From a virus (lineage: Duplodnaviria; Heunggongvirae; Uroviricota; Caudoviricetes): DNA of 64,000 bases. The stretch lies in IMG/VR virus record IMGVR_UViG_3300042901_002340; one strand, given 5' to 3'. The translations under genes were made by a program, and so were the position numbers. Positions within the stretch are counted from its first letter, which is position 1. Each line of letters starts with the position of its first letter. Below the pieces are notes generated by a model, which worked only from the letters and a program-made list of their open reading frames with translations, had not been told where the DNA came from and did no database searches. Below, in pieces: positions 9,878 to 19,273 of the stretch.

Positions 9878-11326
9878 TTATAAACCTATTATAGCGGGAT
9901 CCAATATTCCAAATGGTGTTTGGATAAATGTGGCATCACCTAAAATTGATAGGGAGGATCCTGACGAGTTATACAAAGTATTAGAATTTCCAATTGAGGT
10001 TCCTACAATTTCAAGTATATTATTTCCATTAGAACCATCATCATACCAAATATTTAATGTATCTGTATTATTAGAATAAAATTTGCAATTGCTTAGAGTT
10101 ACATACATGCATGTTTCAGAGAATCCTGCTCTAGAAAGTATATGAGCTTTTTCTGGTGGTGCTTGCTTATTAGAGTAGTTTACGAATCTTACGTTTTCAA
10201 AATTCCAAATTCCATTGTAGTAATCCTCGCTTTCAGTACCAACATTTTCAAGTAAATTTATATTTGCATATTGCTGAGCTTTAGTATCACCAGTTATAAA
10301 AATACTATTTGTTACTGCTACACAGTCCCTTCTGGAGTTCGATAATTTAATATTATTTGTCAAAGAATATAAATAAGTATTCACTATGTGCAATCTTGTG
10401 CCATCTGCATTACTCATAAGAAAGCCATAGGCGCAATCGTTGGCAAGCATGGAAACATTGGAAATTCTACATTTTAAACCGGTACCGCTTAAAAGAAATA
10501 GACATTGAGGTTCAAATAAATCATTTTGACTTAATATAACAGCATTAGGAGATTCTTCTAGATTATTACTACGATCGTCACCAACTATTGAAAAATTCCT
10601 AGTAATATCTATTAAACGGTCGGCAGAATCCAAGAGATTGAAAACTACCTTTACTCCTCCATTTAGCTTGATTGTTAAATTTACCGCGGGAGCCCATGTT
10701 CTAGTTTCCGTGTAATTCCCAGGAAATACCCAAATAGTATGATCGTCTAATTCTAAGGCATTACAATAGACAATTGCACCGCGAATGGTCTGAAAAGGAA
10801 GATCCAGTCTACCCACTACACCAGTAGAATTATTACCATTAGGATCTACAAAAAGGGTTTTAGCATAAGTAAAGGATGATCCGCTACCGGTGGGACCCTG
10901 TGGACCAGTTACCCCTATCCCAGTAGCACCTTGTGGACCTGTTGGTCCAGTAGCACCAGTTCTACCAGTAGCACCAGTTACTCCAAAAATACCAGTAGCA
11001 CCTTGTGGACCTGTTGGTCCAGTAGCACCAGTTCTACCAGTAGCACCAGTTACTCCCACTCCAACAATACCAGTAGCACCCTGTGGACCTGTTGGTCCAG
11101 TAGCACCCTGTGTTCCTTGTGGACCTGTTACTCCCGAAATACCAGTAGCACCTTGGGCTCCTTGAGGACCAGTAGGACCTTGAGGACCAGTTACCCCCTC
11201 GCCTGTCCCGCCTATAGTATAAATATAATTACCCTCACCATCGTAGACATCATTACCTTGTATCTGTAATAATCTACCATAGGTGTCGGCTATAAATTCG
11301 CCGGTAAGATTTAATGGATTTGACAC
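9878..11326 (-). CDS. Collagen-like repeat plus beta-helix domain fibre protein
   Basis: 482 aa. N-terminal GxTGxQGxTG collagen tracts, then a C-terminal beta-helix-like Asn/Ser-rich domain. Confidence 0.65.
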   Translation of the reverse strand: MSNPLNLTGEFIADTYGRLLQIQGNDVYDGEGNYIYTIGGTGEGVTGPQGPTGPQGAQGATGISGVTGPQGTQGATGPTGPQGATGIVGVGVTGATGRTGATGPTGPQGATGIFGVTGATGRTGATGPTGPQGATGIGVTGPQGPTGSGSSFTYAKTLFVDPNGNNSTGVVGRLDLPFQTIRGAIVYCNALELDDHTIWVFPGNYTETRTWAPAVNLTIKLNGGVKVVFNLLDSADRLIDITRNFSIVGDDRSNNLEESPNAVILSQNDLFEPQCLFLLSGTGLKCRISNVSMLANDCAYGFLMSNADGTRLHIVNTYLYSLTNNIKLSNSRRDCVAVTNSIFITGDTKAQQYANINLLENVGTESEDYYNGIWNFENVRFVNYSNKQAPPEKAHILSRAGFSETCMYVTLSNCKFYSNNTDTLNIWYDDGSNGNNILEIVGTSIGNSNTLYNSSGSSLSILGDATFIQTPFGILDPAIIGL

Positions 11327-11344
11327 TTATTAAATTTTTTTGCG

Positions 11345-12049
11345 TTAAGCAATTCTAACTCTAGTGCCTGATTGTGCCTGGTTATTTTGCTTTTGTGATA
11401 GTATTTCTACCTTTACATTTTTACTGCTTTGTACTTGGAATGTTTCGTACCAAGGGTAGAAAATCTCACCATCCACGACAACCTCAAGTTTAATTACTCC
11501 CTTGAGTCCAGGTGATAGGATTGATATTTTTTTGAGTGGTATTCTACAAACACCGCCATTTATGGAACCTTTAAAGAATATGTTCCATTCATCAGATTCC
11601 AATATGAGTCTAACTGCGGTGTTCTTAACATCGCTTCCCTCTATCATAACTTTACATTCAAATGACTCCGCTTTATCTCTGAATATCTTGTAAGCAAGCG
11701 GATCCATTGGAATTTGTGGTTCCTCTTCTATGGGTTCTTCCATTATCCCCTCAGGTTCTGGTATGAATGAAGATTTTGCTGATTTTATATAAGCAGGATC
11801 AATAAAATCCGTTATCGTCTTCTCTTTAGGTACCTCGCAATAATCTTCGATCTCGTCATCCTCTCCGTAATTTCTTCTGATGTCAACAGGAATAGGTAGT
11901 TCCATGGTTGATGAAGCTATATCGTCAAGCAGACTTTCCTTTAGAGGTTTCTCCTCTTTCCTGTGTTCTCTTCTCTCTAAAACCGGTTTAGTTTGAGCTT
12001 GTACTCCCTTCTTTGGGTCGAAAACGAAATCTGAATATTTTGTTATCAT
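11345..12049 (-). CDS. Hypothetical acidic protein
   Basis: 234-aa ORF in the same transcriptional direction as the fibre genes. Confidence 0.5.
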   Translation of the reverse strand: MITKYSDFVFDPKKGVQAQTKPVLERREHRKEEKPLKESLLDDIASSTMELPIPVDIRRNYGEDDEIEDYCEVPKEKTITDFIDPAYIKSAKSSFIPEPEGIMEEPIEEEPQIPMDPLAYKIFRDKAESFECKVMIEGSDVKNTAVRLILESDEWNIFFKGSINGGVCRIPLKKISILSPGLKGVIKLEVVVDGEIFYPWYETFQVQSSKNVKVEILSQKQNNQAQSGTRVRIA

Positions 12050-12052
12050 CTC

Positions 12053-12418
12053 TTATTGATTGTCTTTTACTTCGATCCTTATATTATATTTATCGAAGGT
12101 TTTTTGTATGTCACCAACTGTGACTTTCCTAGATATCTCCTTGTGTCTAGTCTCTGTATATATCTTCCCGTTAACTTCACAAACTATCCTTATAAATTGT
12201 TTAACGTCTTCCTCCGGAAGTTTCTTTTCGATGTTTTCGAGTGGATGTATTCCATATCCGCCAGCCATATCAACAGCCGAAGCTGCGTCTTGAACTATCC
12301 TGTATGTTGTTTCCCACTTATAACCATCACGATCACCGAATATTAATGTGTTTCCCTCCCATGTGAAATAGACTCTGCGCTCTGACATTTGATACTTTTT
12401 TATTAGATATATATTCAA
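12053..12418 (-). CDS. Hypothetical protein
   Basis: 121-aa ORF with tight spacing to its neighbour. Confidence 0.5.
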   Translation of the reverse strand: MNIYLIKKYQMSERRVYFTWEGNTLIFGDRDGYKWETTYRIVQDAASAVDMAGGYGIHPLENIEKKLPEEDVKQFIRIVCEVNGKIYTETRHKEISRKVTVGDIQKTFDKYNIRIEVKDNQ

Positions 12419-12429
12419 ATAAATAAATC

Positions 12430-12960
12430 ATGGAATTTAAAGGAATACCAGAAATACTTGAAAAATTCACGCTTACGCAGAGAATACTTGCTCTTCTGAT
12501 GCTCCTGATGGCCATAGTTCTTATTACACTCGGTCCTAAATTAATAGATGCTCTAACAACAAGCAATACTGAATGTATATCAGAAACTAAAAGACAATCG
12601 GTAAGAATAACGTATCTGGAGAAGGTTGTGGATACCCTTGACATGAAGATTATAAAAAATCAAAGAAGATACACAAACGAGAGCGCCCAAAGGGAAGCTG
12701 AATTTATAGCAATGCTGGATGAACTTAAGGGAGATATAAATAGATCAAAAAATAGAAGATCCGTAAAATTGTATCCGATAGTAAGGAAAGAGATGGTGCG
12801 AAATGTAGATTCTGGTGGCGTTGCATATTCCCCCGCTCCTGATAGAATTGAAAGGTCTCCTACCGTTATACAAGAATCGGGAATCAGTGATAAAAAAGTC
12901 AATGATATAGTAAAGAAAATAGAAACACTTAAAAAGAAAGTAAAGAATGATGCACATTAG
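12430..12960 (+). CDS. Hypothetical membrane-anchored protein
   Basis: 176 aa with an N-terminal hydrophobic helix LALLMLLMAIVLITLGP. Confidence 0.5.
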   Translation: MEFKGIPEILEKFTLTQRILALLMLLMAIVLITLGPKLIDALTTSNTECISETKRQSVRITYLEKVVDTLDMKIIKNQRRYTNESAQREAEFIAMLDELKGDINRSKNRRSVKLYPIVRKEMVRNVDSGGVAYSPAPDRIERSPTVIQESGISDKKVNDIVKKIETLKKKVKNDAH

Positions 12961-13648
12961 AATGTTTGAGAATTTCGGAAAAGAAAGTGATTTTGTCTCA
13001 CAATGTGATAGACTTGTTGGCGATTCCGATATATGGAGAAGGAATAAGGATAAGGTTAAGGAATTAAATCCTGATTTGGAGTTGAGACAGGTGAATGTTC
13101 CTGGAGTGGAAGCAAGTTTTGATGCCCATGAATCTAGACCCAATAATATAGTTATAGAAGTTGGTCCAGGAAATGTTGATGACTCAACAATGGCACATGA
13201 ACTTATACATGCATTACAATTCATAGAAAGAGGCGAATTGGAGATATTCACTCAGGATGCAACTAGAGAATTTTCTAATCTATCGGACTCAGAAGTTTGG
13301 GAATATTTTATGCTTGCAATCTACATGAGTGATGAATTAGAAGCTGAAGCTCAAAAAGCAGAGCTTAAATTTGGTCTTCAGAAAACCCAGAAGGATGTGA
13401 TGGACTGGATAAAGATGAACACCCCAGAAAAAATTGCTAAACAAATATCTGTATTAACTCCTATTGACAATGAATTTGATTTGGAAAGCTTTGAAGAATT
13501 TCCGGATCTCTGGGTTAGTGTTTATTTAAACTACACTGAAGTTTCTTTGGATAGGTATCTGGAAGAATTGAAGGATAAATCACTATTGGAATTTATTGCT
13601 TATTATTATTTAAAATTTAGTGCGTTTGTAAGATATATGGAATCATAA
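12947..13648 (+). CDS. Hypothetical protein with HExxH motif (possible zinc metallopeptidase)
   Basis: 233 aa. MAHELIHALQ contains HExxH. There is no further support. Confidence 0.35.
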   Translation: MMHIRMFENFGKESDFVSQCDRLVGDSDIWRRNKDKVKELNPDLELRQVNVPGVEASFDAHESRPNNIVIEVGPGNVDDSTMAHELIHALQFIERGELEIFTQDATREFSNLSDSEVWEYFMLAIYMSDELEAEAQKAELKFGLQKTQKDVMDWIKMNTPEKIAKQISVLTPIDNEFDLESFEEFPDLWVSVYLNYTEVSLDRYLEELKDKSLLEFIAYYYLKFSAFVRYMES

Positions 13649-13655
13649 AAAAAAA

Positions 13656-13676
13656 GCCTGAGAAAAACTCAGGCTT
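13656..13676. terminator. Bidirectional intrinsic terminator (gcctgagaaaaactcaggc between an A9 run and a T6 run)
   Basis: Perfect 7-bp GC-rich stem. It sits between convergent genes 12947..13648 (+) and 13696..14442 (-). Confidence 0.65.
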
Positions 13677-13695
13677 TTTTATAATAGATCCTTGA

Positions 13696-14442
13696 TTACT
13701 TTCCGAACACCACGGTAATCGTAGCACCAGTGCTTTTAGCAATTCTTGAAAGAGCATCAAAATCGCTTTCTTTCATAGGTTGAGCTGCAGAAACCATTTT
13801 TTCTTCCTTAGCAACAGGAACAGAAGCAACTTTTTCTGATACTTGTAAATTTTTATTTTTACCTTTGGCAGCTCTAGCTTTTTCCATTCTCAATAGCATG
13901 TCAGCTTTTTTCATGTCTTCTTTCACGTTTGCTTTTTTATTGGTAATTGCTTGGGATTTTTTCAGTGCATGTTTTCTAACAGTTATAGCAACAGATGTTC
14001 TTCCCAGAATTTTACCAATCTCATTTGCGGATTTGCCCTCAGCAACCAATGATAAAAGCTTAGCATCTTCCTCTTTACTCCAGGTAAGTTTCACAATCTT
14101 GGATTTTTTAGATTTTGTGGTTCCCGTCGCTGGAGCAACGTTGATTGGTTGTGCCACTAGTGTTCTTGAAATAACCTTAACTGGCAATTCTTTTCTTTTG
14201 TTTCTGTTTTTAACTGAAACAGATTTTGGTACATCTACACCTTTACCCTTAGATGATGGTAAACGAACATCAACATGGAGGTTATGCTTTCTTGTTGTTA
14301 CCGCCATGATGGTTCTTCCTAAGATTTTTGCGATCTCAGCAGCAAAAGCACCGCCTCTTGCCATCTTGATCAAAGTTGAGTCATCTGCTGTTGACCATCC
14401 TCTGTTATTAGATGGAGCTTTAGGATTTCTTTTTAATTCCAT
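13696..14442 (-). CDS. DNA-binding protein with two tandem GcrA-like / Myb-like helix-turn-helix repeats
   Basis: Two repeats, W-S/T-x-x-E/D-D-x-x-L ... EIAKILGRT..AV..RKH.L, resemble the GcrA N-terminal domain. Lys-rich linkers separate them. Confidence 0.45.
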   Translation of the reverse strand: MELKRNPKAPSNNRGWSTADDSTLIKMARGGAFAAEIAKILGRTIMAVTTRKHNLHVDVRLPSSKGKGVDVPKSVSVKNRNKRKELPVKVISRTLVAQPINVAPATGTTKSKKSKIVKLTWSKEEDAKLLSLVAEGKSANEIGKILGRTSVAITVRKHALKKSQAITNKKANVKEDMKKADMLLRMEKARAAKGKNKNLQVSEKVASVPVAKEEKMVSAAQPMKESDFDALSRIAKSTGATITVVFGK

Positions 14443-14465
14443 AAGTATTAATTTTAAAATTACTT

Positions 14466-14500
14466 TGCAAATATAAGAAAAACCAACGGTATAAAAAAAT
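14466..14500 (-). promoter_or_regulatory. Conserved promoter element (TAnnTTTG -7 motif within ttgcaaatataag, plus an upstream A-run)
   Basis: Lies 25-35 nt upstream of the start of 13696..14442 on the minus strand. It is one of at least 13 copies of the same composite motif. Confidence 0.5.
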
Positions 14501-14506
14501 TATTTT

Positions 14507-14905
14507 GTGATTTTTTTTGAGATATATATGAAAAATTTATCATCCATGGACAATTACATTAAATTATATTCAGATTTCCTAAACGAAGGGGACAAAAAAG
14601 GGGAAAGCTTTGAGGAGTTTTCTAAAACAAGATTAGCTGGAGCTGCTAAGATAACAGAAGCTGCTAAGGAAAAAGGTGGTGATGCTCTTTTAACATACCA
14701 CCATTTTAGAGTTAAACTTCCGGTTTATGAAAAAGCTGCCGCTGGTAAATTTGATGAAGCCGAGGCAAGAGAGGAAATGGAAGCTCTAGTAAAAGCTTTG
14801 GTTAAAGGAACAGCTGGATCTATAAAACTGGAACAGGTAGAATTTCAGAAACTCGTTGGCCTCATAGAGGTCTTTGGTGAATTACTAATAAGAAAAGGTG
14901 CTTAA
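14507..14905 (+). CDS. Hypothetical protein (true start probably an internal Met near 14528)
   Basis: 132-aa ORF. A terminator hairpin overlaps its stop codon. Confidence 0.5.
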   Translation: MIFFEIYMKNLSSMDNYIKLYSDFLNEGDKKGESFEEFSKTRLAGAAKITEAAKEKGGDALLTYHHFRVKLPVYEKAAAGKFDEAEAREEMEALVKALVKGTAGSIKLEQVEFQKLVGLIEVFGELLIRKGA

Positions 14906-14920
14906 ATAAGCACCTTTTTT
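14893..14920. terminator. Bidirectional intrinsic terminator (aaaaggtgcttaaataagcacctttttt)
   Basis: 8-bp stem, A-run and T-run. It overlaps the stop codons of convergent genes. Confidence 0.6.
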
Positions 14921-15207
14921 GTTTCGTTCAGTTTGTCATAATACTTCATCTTGATTGACTTGTATCCATGACCTCCATAGAAAATCCTATTCTTAATAAC
15001 GTTCTTTGCGTCATTGTCATAGTTATCAATGAACCAATCTATATTAATGTTTAATTTGGATTGAACTCCTACGTTAAACTCATTAAATACTTCATTCTCG
15101 ATCTCCTCGATTTTAAATATTCCTTTCTCTCCTCTAAGAAATGCATGTTTAGAAGTTGTTCTTAAGTAGTTAACTACGTCTTGTCTGTTTTGTTCTTTTG
15201 TTTTCAT
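14902..15207 (-). CDS. Hypothetical protein
   Basis: 101-aa ORF. Confidence 0.45.
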   Translation of the reverse strand: MKTKEQNRQDVVNYLRTTSKHAFLRGEKGIFKIEEIENEVFNEFNVGVQSKLNINIDWFIDNYDNDAKNVIKNRIFYGGHGYKSIKMKYYDKLNETKKVLI

Positions 15208-15227
15208 TTTTCTTTTGTTTTATTTAA

Positions 15228-15845
15228 TTATTTTTTTAGAATCCATTGATAGAATCCTGGTTTTATGTTATTGTCCAATTTTTCCCAAAGCCCTGACAGC
15301 TGGACTGATTCTGTCATGTGTATGTTTGATCCCTGTGATTTCCCATTCTCGTCAAATATCTCCCATGTGTAATAGACGTGCATACCTCTTTCTGAATCAA
15401 CCATCTTGTTTTGGAACCAGGTCCATCCCTTATTGGAATTTTCAATCATCTTCTGCTTACCCTGCTCGAATAGTCTATCATCAATCTCCTTACTGGAATC
15501 AAATGCCTCTTTTGCTTGTTTTAATATTGTGTCCTCTCTTTCCTTTCTTTGTGACTCGTTGGCATAGGTTAGTTCGAACTTGAACAGCTTCTCAACGTCT
15601 TCCCATTTTTTGTCTCTTGAGTATTGATTTGAAGCAAAGTCGTAGACATCTTCACAGTATATGTCAATCTTATAACCTCTTGTTGAATAAACATATTCGC
15701 CGTTTTCATTTATGTAGGAATATGGTCCATCCCAATATCCCTCTTTTCCTATTGCATGGATTGGTACACCACCTTCCATTCTGATGTGTCCATTTCCTTC
15801 AGGATCCGCTTCCTGTAGCATCTTAATAAATTCTTTTGTTGTCAT
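15228..15845 (-). CDS. Hypothetical protein
   Basis: 205-aa ORF. Confidence 0.5.
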   Translation of the reverse strand: MTTKEFIKMLQEADPEGNGHIRMEGGVPIHAIGKEGYWDGPYSYINENGEYVYSTRGYKIDIYCEDVYDFASNQYSRDKKWEDVEKLFKFELTYANESQRKEREDTILKQAKEAFDSSKEIDDRLFEQGKQKMIENSNKGWTWFQNKMVDSERGMHVYYTWEIFDENGKSQGSNIHMTESVQLSGLWEKLDNNIKPGFYQWILKK

Positions 15846-15942
15846 CTTATTTGATTGTTATTAATTTTTGTTCATGTAAGCCTAAATAAGGCTCGCTGCT
15901 TGATTATTTTTATATTTTGATATCAATGTATGTCCGAGGATT

Positions 15943-16293
15943 TTAATCGCCAAATTCCTTCTTTAATGCTTCATATTGTTTCTTTCTCTCAGCTTTTTTA
16001 GCCTCCTCATACCTTTTCCTATCCTCCTGTTGTTTTTTCTCCCTGATGATTCTTTCTGCCTCCTCCCGCTCTTTTCTTTCATTAAATAAAGCATCAAGAT
16101 CCGATGTTAGTTCATCAATGTCGATATAATCAGTTATACATTCGCTATCACCACGGCATGTCCAACTATATTGACAATAAAATTGGCCATCCTCTTCTAT
16201 CTCGATTGAATCCGGTTTGTGTCCGGTCTTTGCAATAAATACCTGTTCAACTCTACCTCTAAGAGTTTTTAATTGTTCTAGTGTGATTTCCAT
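15943..16293 (-). CDS. Hypothetical protein with a charged coiled-coil C-terminus
   Basis: 116 aa with a KR/E-rich tail. Confidence 0.5.
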   Translation of the reverse strand: MEITLEQLKTLRGRVEQVFIAKTGHKPDSIEIEEDGQFYCQYSWTCRGDSECITDYIDIDELTSDLDALFNERKEREEAERIIREKKQQEDRKRYEEAKKAERKKQYEALKKEFGD

Positions 16294-16294
16294 T

Positions 16295-16702
16295 TTATTT
16301 GTTTTTAAGTTCCAATTCTTTTTCTCTCCCTATTATAATGTCCCTGTATTTGTAATGGAGTTCGTATGGTAGATTACTTGAAACTCTGTGTGAATTGACA
16401 GAGATTTTTTTAATGTACTCATCCATGGTTTCCTGTGATAGTGTGGAGTAGTTAATCCAGGAGCTTCTTTTTCTAATGTAGATCAGATACTGTAATTTAG
16501 AATATTCGATTTGATAATTTAGATAGACCCCCAATATGTCCCATAACTGCTCGACTGTTAGCATTTTATGTTCCTCCAGAAATAGAATTGTGGTTCTGAT
16601 CTTCATCATTCTAAACCGTAGACCTTTCTGTTTGCCTACGGCTCTTTTAAGACTCAGCTTTTTAATAGAGTCAATGTTTCTAACTTTTAGAATTCCTTTC
16701 AT
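16295..16702 (-). CDS. Hypothetical protein
   Basis: 135-aa ORF. Confidence 0.5.
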   Translation of the reverse strand: MKGILKVRNIDSIKKLSLKRAVGKQKGLRFRMMKIRTTILFLEEHKMLTVEQLWDILGVYLNYQIEYSKLQYLIYIRKRSSWINYSTLSQETMDEYIKKISVNSHRVSSNLPYELHYKYRDIIIGREKELELKNK

Positions 16703-17350
16703 GATGTTTGTAGATTTTTTAGAGATAACGAAAGGTGGGACAAAGATTTCCTAACCTGCGGAGTACCAAAAAAGCACGCAGAAGTATAGGCGTCAACATC
16801 AGGCTCAAAAAACAATGATGCCTCTGTGACGTGTCTGAATTTTTCGTAAAGTTTAATTAAATGTGCTTCTGATTTTGCGGAGAGACAAATTATAGAATTT
16901 GATGTCTCTTTCCATTCTTTGAACTTTGTAGGATGTTCGTGTGCAAAATCTGCGATTGAATGTGTACTCTGTACAATTTGGTAACCTCCGGTGAGGTCGG
17001 ATCTGGTGATTACTACCAGTTTCGTTTCTTGAAATTTGTTAATCTAAGTCATTGTGCTCTAATTTTAGTTTTTTAATAAATCCAGTAATAGCGCAGTGAA
17101 CGGACTGCGTGTTACGTCTTTTAATTTCTACCGTTACCGGATTTATGTTTATTATATATTCAATTTTTTATTTTGTTTCACTTTTTATGCCCTATATTCT
17201 TCTGGATTAATTCCTTCCAGAAATGATAGCTTTGCATCGGTTAGATTGATCGATGAATAAACATCGGTGATCTCCCTCCTAGTTCTCGTGCTTCTATATA
17301 AGCAAACCTCGTAAATCCATTCATCAAATGTCATATTCTATATTTTTTAG

Positions 17351-17442
17351 TGACCAGTACAGGATTCGAACCTGTCATCCGTTCTATCGCCATTTCTTGT
17401 GGGATTCGAACCCCGATAGATAGGACTGCCAACATCCGGTCA
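17351..17442 (-). tRNA. tRNA-like element T1 (92 nt): canonical T-arm plus 7-bp acceptor stem, non-canonical interior
   Basis: Minus-sense 3' end is ACAGG-TTCGAAT-CCTGT-ACTGGTC-A. The 5' end TGACCGG pairs fully with it. The interior holds a second T-loop-like GGG-TTCGAAT-CCC inside a 7-bp hairpin TCTATCG/CGATAGA. Confidence 0.4.
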
Positions 17443-17587
17443 TAAAAATCATCCATATAAACACCCTTGAGGTTGGATCGTTCTGAAATACGTTCAGAAA
17501 CCTTAGTTGATTACCCCGGTTTAGTTTACATCGTCCAATTGACCACACCCTCTGACCCTTAGCGAGGTATGATGAATGAATGATTAG

Positions 17588-17697
17588 TGGTCGGTATAGG
17601 ATTCGAACCCATTTATATCGTGTGCATAGCCTTACACATAAAGTTCGTTTGACTATCCCTTCAATTTACGATTGCCTAGCCAATCAGCCACCTGACC
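17588..17697 (-). tRNA. tRNA-like element T2 (110 nt)
   Basis: 3' end ATGGG-TTCGAAT-CCTAT-ACCGACC-A. 5' end GGTCAGGTGGCTGATTGG... pairs with the 3' strand at 5 of 7 positions. Too long for a standard tRNA. Confidence 0.35.
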
Positions 17698-17943
17698 AAA
17701 AATGATGAATCAAAAAATTTCCGCCTTGGCTAAAAAATATCATCATCTGCTAAGACTTCTTTGAATGGTTCAGGTACCTAAATAGTTCAAGCTATTCTGA
17801 ATCTACATGTCATTAAAGCATTAGCTTTTTTAAGGTTCAAATCCGAACTGTAACTCATTTAATCCTTAACTTGTCGAAGCAAGTTTCTAGGTTTACCCCT
17901 AGCACTCCGTAGATACCACAGAGTAGTTAACATCGCTGATTTG

Positions 17944-18047
17944 TGGTCTGGACAGGATTTGAACCTGTATGAAGTTTACACCATTAAGGGACTTACACCC
18001 ACCTATTAAGGCTTTCTTTAAGCGTCTACCAATTCCGCCACCTGACC
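17944..18047 (-). tRNA. tRNA-like element T3 (104 nt) with a type-II (Leu/Ser/Tyr-like) D-arm
   Basis: 5' end GGTCAGG-TG-GCGGAATTGGTAGACGC is essentially the E. coli tRNA-Leu D-arm. 3' end ACAGG-TTCAAAT-CCTGT-CCAGACC-A. About 53 nt lie between the D-arm and T-arm, too many for a canonical anticodon arm plus variable arm. Confidence 0.45.
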
Positions 18048-18052
18048 AATTA

Positions 18053-18559
18053 TTATTCGCAATTAATTTTTCGAATGTTATAATTTGTAAATAAATTTAC
18101 ATAGTAATTTATTTCGTCTGGTCCCATTTTATATTGAAAAGAGACGTTATCAATCCCGTTAATGTATCTAACATAATTAATTTTTTTACTTTTCAAAATT
18201 ATGAATTCCAATTCTGATAATTTAAAATAAAAAATATTTCCACTTTTTGATTCATCCGTGGATTTTATTTTTAATCTACCCCCATCCTTAAATGAAAAGA
18301 GCAATTGACATTTTTTACTTGGACCACCAATGTTTGATTTAATTACTATAAGGCCATGGCAAGACAATCTATTGCCATCTATTTGGTAATTTGGTTTTAA
18401 TGTAAACCACTTTGTTCTATCAATATTTGAACAAACCACACCACTTGGTCCATAAATTTCGGTCTTATTGGTGCAGTCATCAATGGTAACTCGATCGTTT
18501 TGTGAATATATTGAATTTATCGCTAATATTAAAGCTAATGCAATCAATGTTTTTTTCAT
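18053..18559 (-). CDS. Secreted or lipoprotein-like hypothetical protein (start moved to the internal Met MKKTLIALALILAINS)
   Basis: The ORF-track N-terminal extension (18560..18676) overlaps tRNA-like element T4. The internal Met is followed by a signal-peptide-like segment. Confidence 0.5.
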   Translation of the reverse strand: MKKTLIALALILAINSIYSQNDRVTIDDCTNKTEIYGPSGVVCSNIDRTKWFTLKPNYQIDGNRLSCHGLIVIKSNIGGPSKKCQLLFSFKDGGRLKIKSTDESKSGNIFYFKLSELEFIILKSKKINYVRYINGIDNVSFQYKMGPDEINYYVNLFTNYNIRKINCE

Positions 18560-18578
18560 TATTTTTATATTCTTATTA

Positions 18579-18736
18579 GTAGTCAGAGTGGGATTCGAAC
18601 CCACGATGGTAATTGGAGCGTTGATTCTTCCACTGTCGCTAACAGGGGTTCCAAATCCTGTGCGTCCTTTCTCCAATTTAGCGTCTGCCTCGTTATAACA
18701 GGATTTCTCGCATTATAAGCCTTCCGCCACCTGACT
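18579..18736 (-). tRNA. tRNA-like element T4 (158 nt) with a ~32-nt insertion in the D-loop region
   Basis: 5' end AGTCAGG-TG-GCGGAA[GGCTTATAATGCGAGAAATCCTGTTATAACGAG]GCAGACGC. 3' end GTGGG-TTCGAAT-CCCAC-TCTGACT-A. The acceptor stem is 7 of 7 with one G-U pair. Confidence 0.35.
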
Positions 18737-18810
18737 CCTAGCTTCTAACAGATTAGGAATGTCTGTCGCTTTACACAGCTTAGCTATTTTTGGGTTTCCC
18801 CTACTCTCCG

Positions 18811-19176
18811 CTAATTGAGTTTTTCTATATGAGCAATAGATCCAATGACTCTACCATAATGTGATGGTGTTTTCATTGTGCCTATTATCTCACCTTTTTG
18901 ATTTATGTAAGCCGCCTCCCTTATCCAACCTATCTCTTTTGGGATTGGTAATGGCTTCCATGGTAATCTTTCTCCCTTGAATCTCCTTTTTAATTCTGAA
19001 TTTAAAAGCCTCTGAGCCTCACAGTTACAAAAATTAGCTCCTGTTAAAATCTCTCTGAACCAAAGTATATTCGATAGGTGCTGATGATCTATTTCCGAGA
19101 ATTTTTTAGTTTCTCCTAGAGCTGTTTTCCATAAATATTCTTTCATCGTTATGTTTTTTGTGATCCCACCGTGCAT
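18811..19176 (-). CDS. Hypothetical protein
   Basis: 121-aa ORF. Confidence 0.45.
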   Translation of the reverse strand: MHGGITKNITMKEYLWKTALGETKKFSEIDHQHLSNILWFREILTGANFCNCEAQRLLNSELKRRFKGERLPWKPLPIPKEIGWIREAAYINQKGEIIGTMKTPSHYGRVIGSIAHIEKLN

Positions 19177-19273
19177 CGAACACGTTACATCAGTTTTAGA
19201 GGCTGACCCAATTGCCGAATTGGATTAAGTTGAAGGACCATTTAAAACCAGAACCTAAATCCTGGTTTTATTT

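Noticed and set aside
16703-17340. Possible degenerate gene or 50-aa minus-strand ORF (about 17181..17333) in the ORF-free stretch beside tRNA-like cluster 1
   Set aside because: It is below the 60-aa track threshold and has no motif support. It is mentioned only inside a finding and is not listed as a feature.
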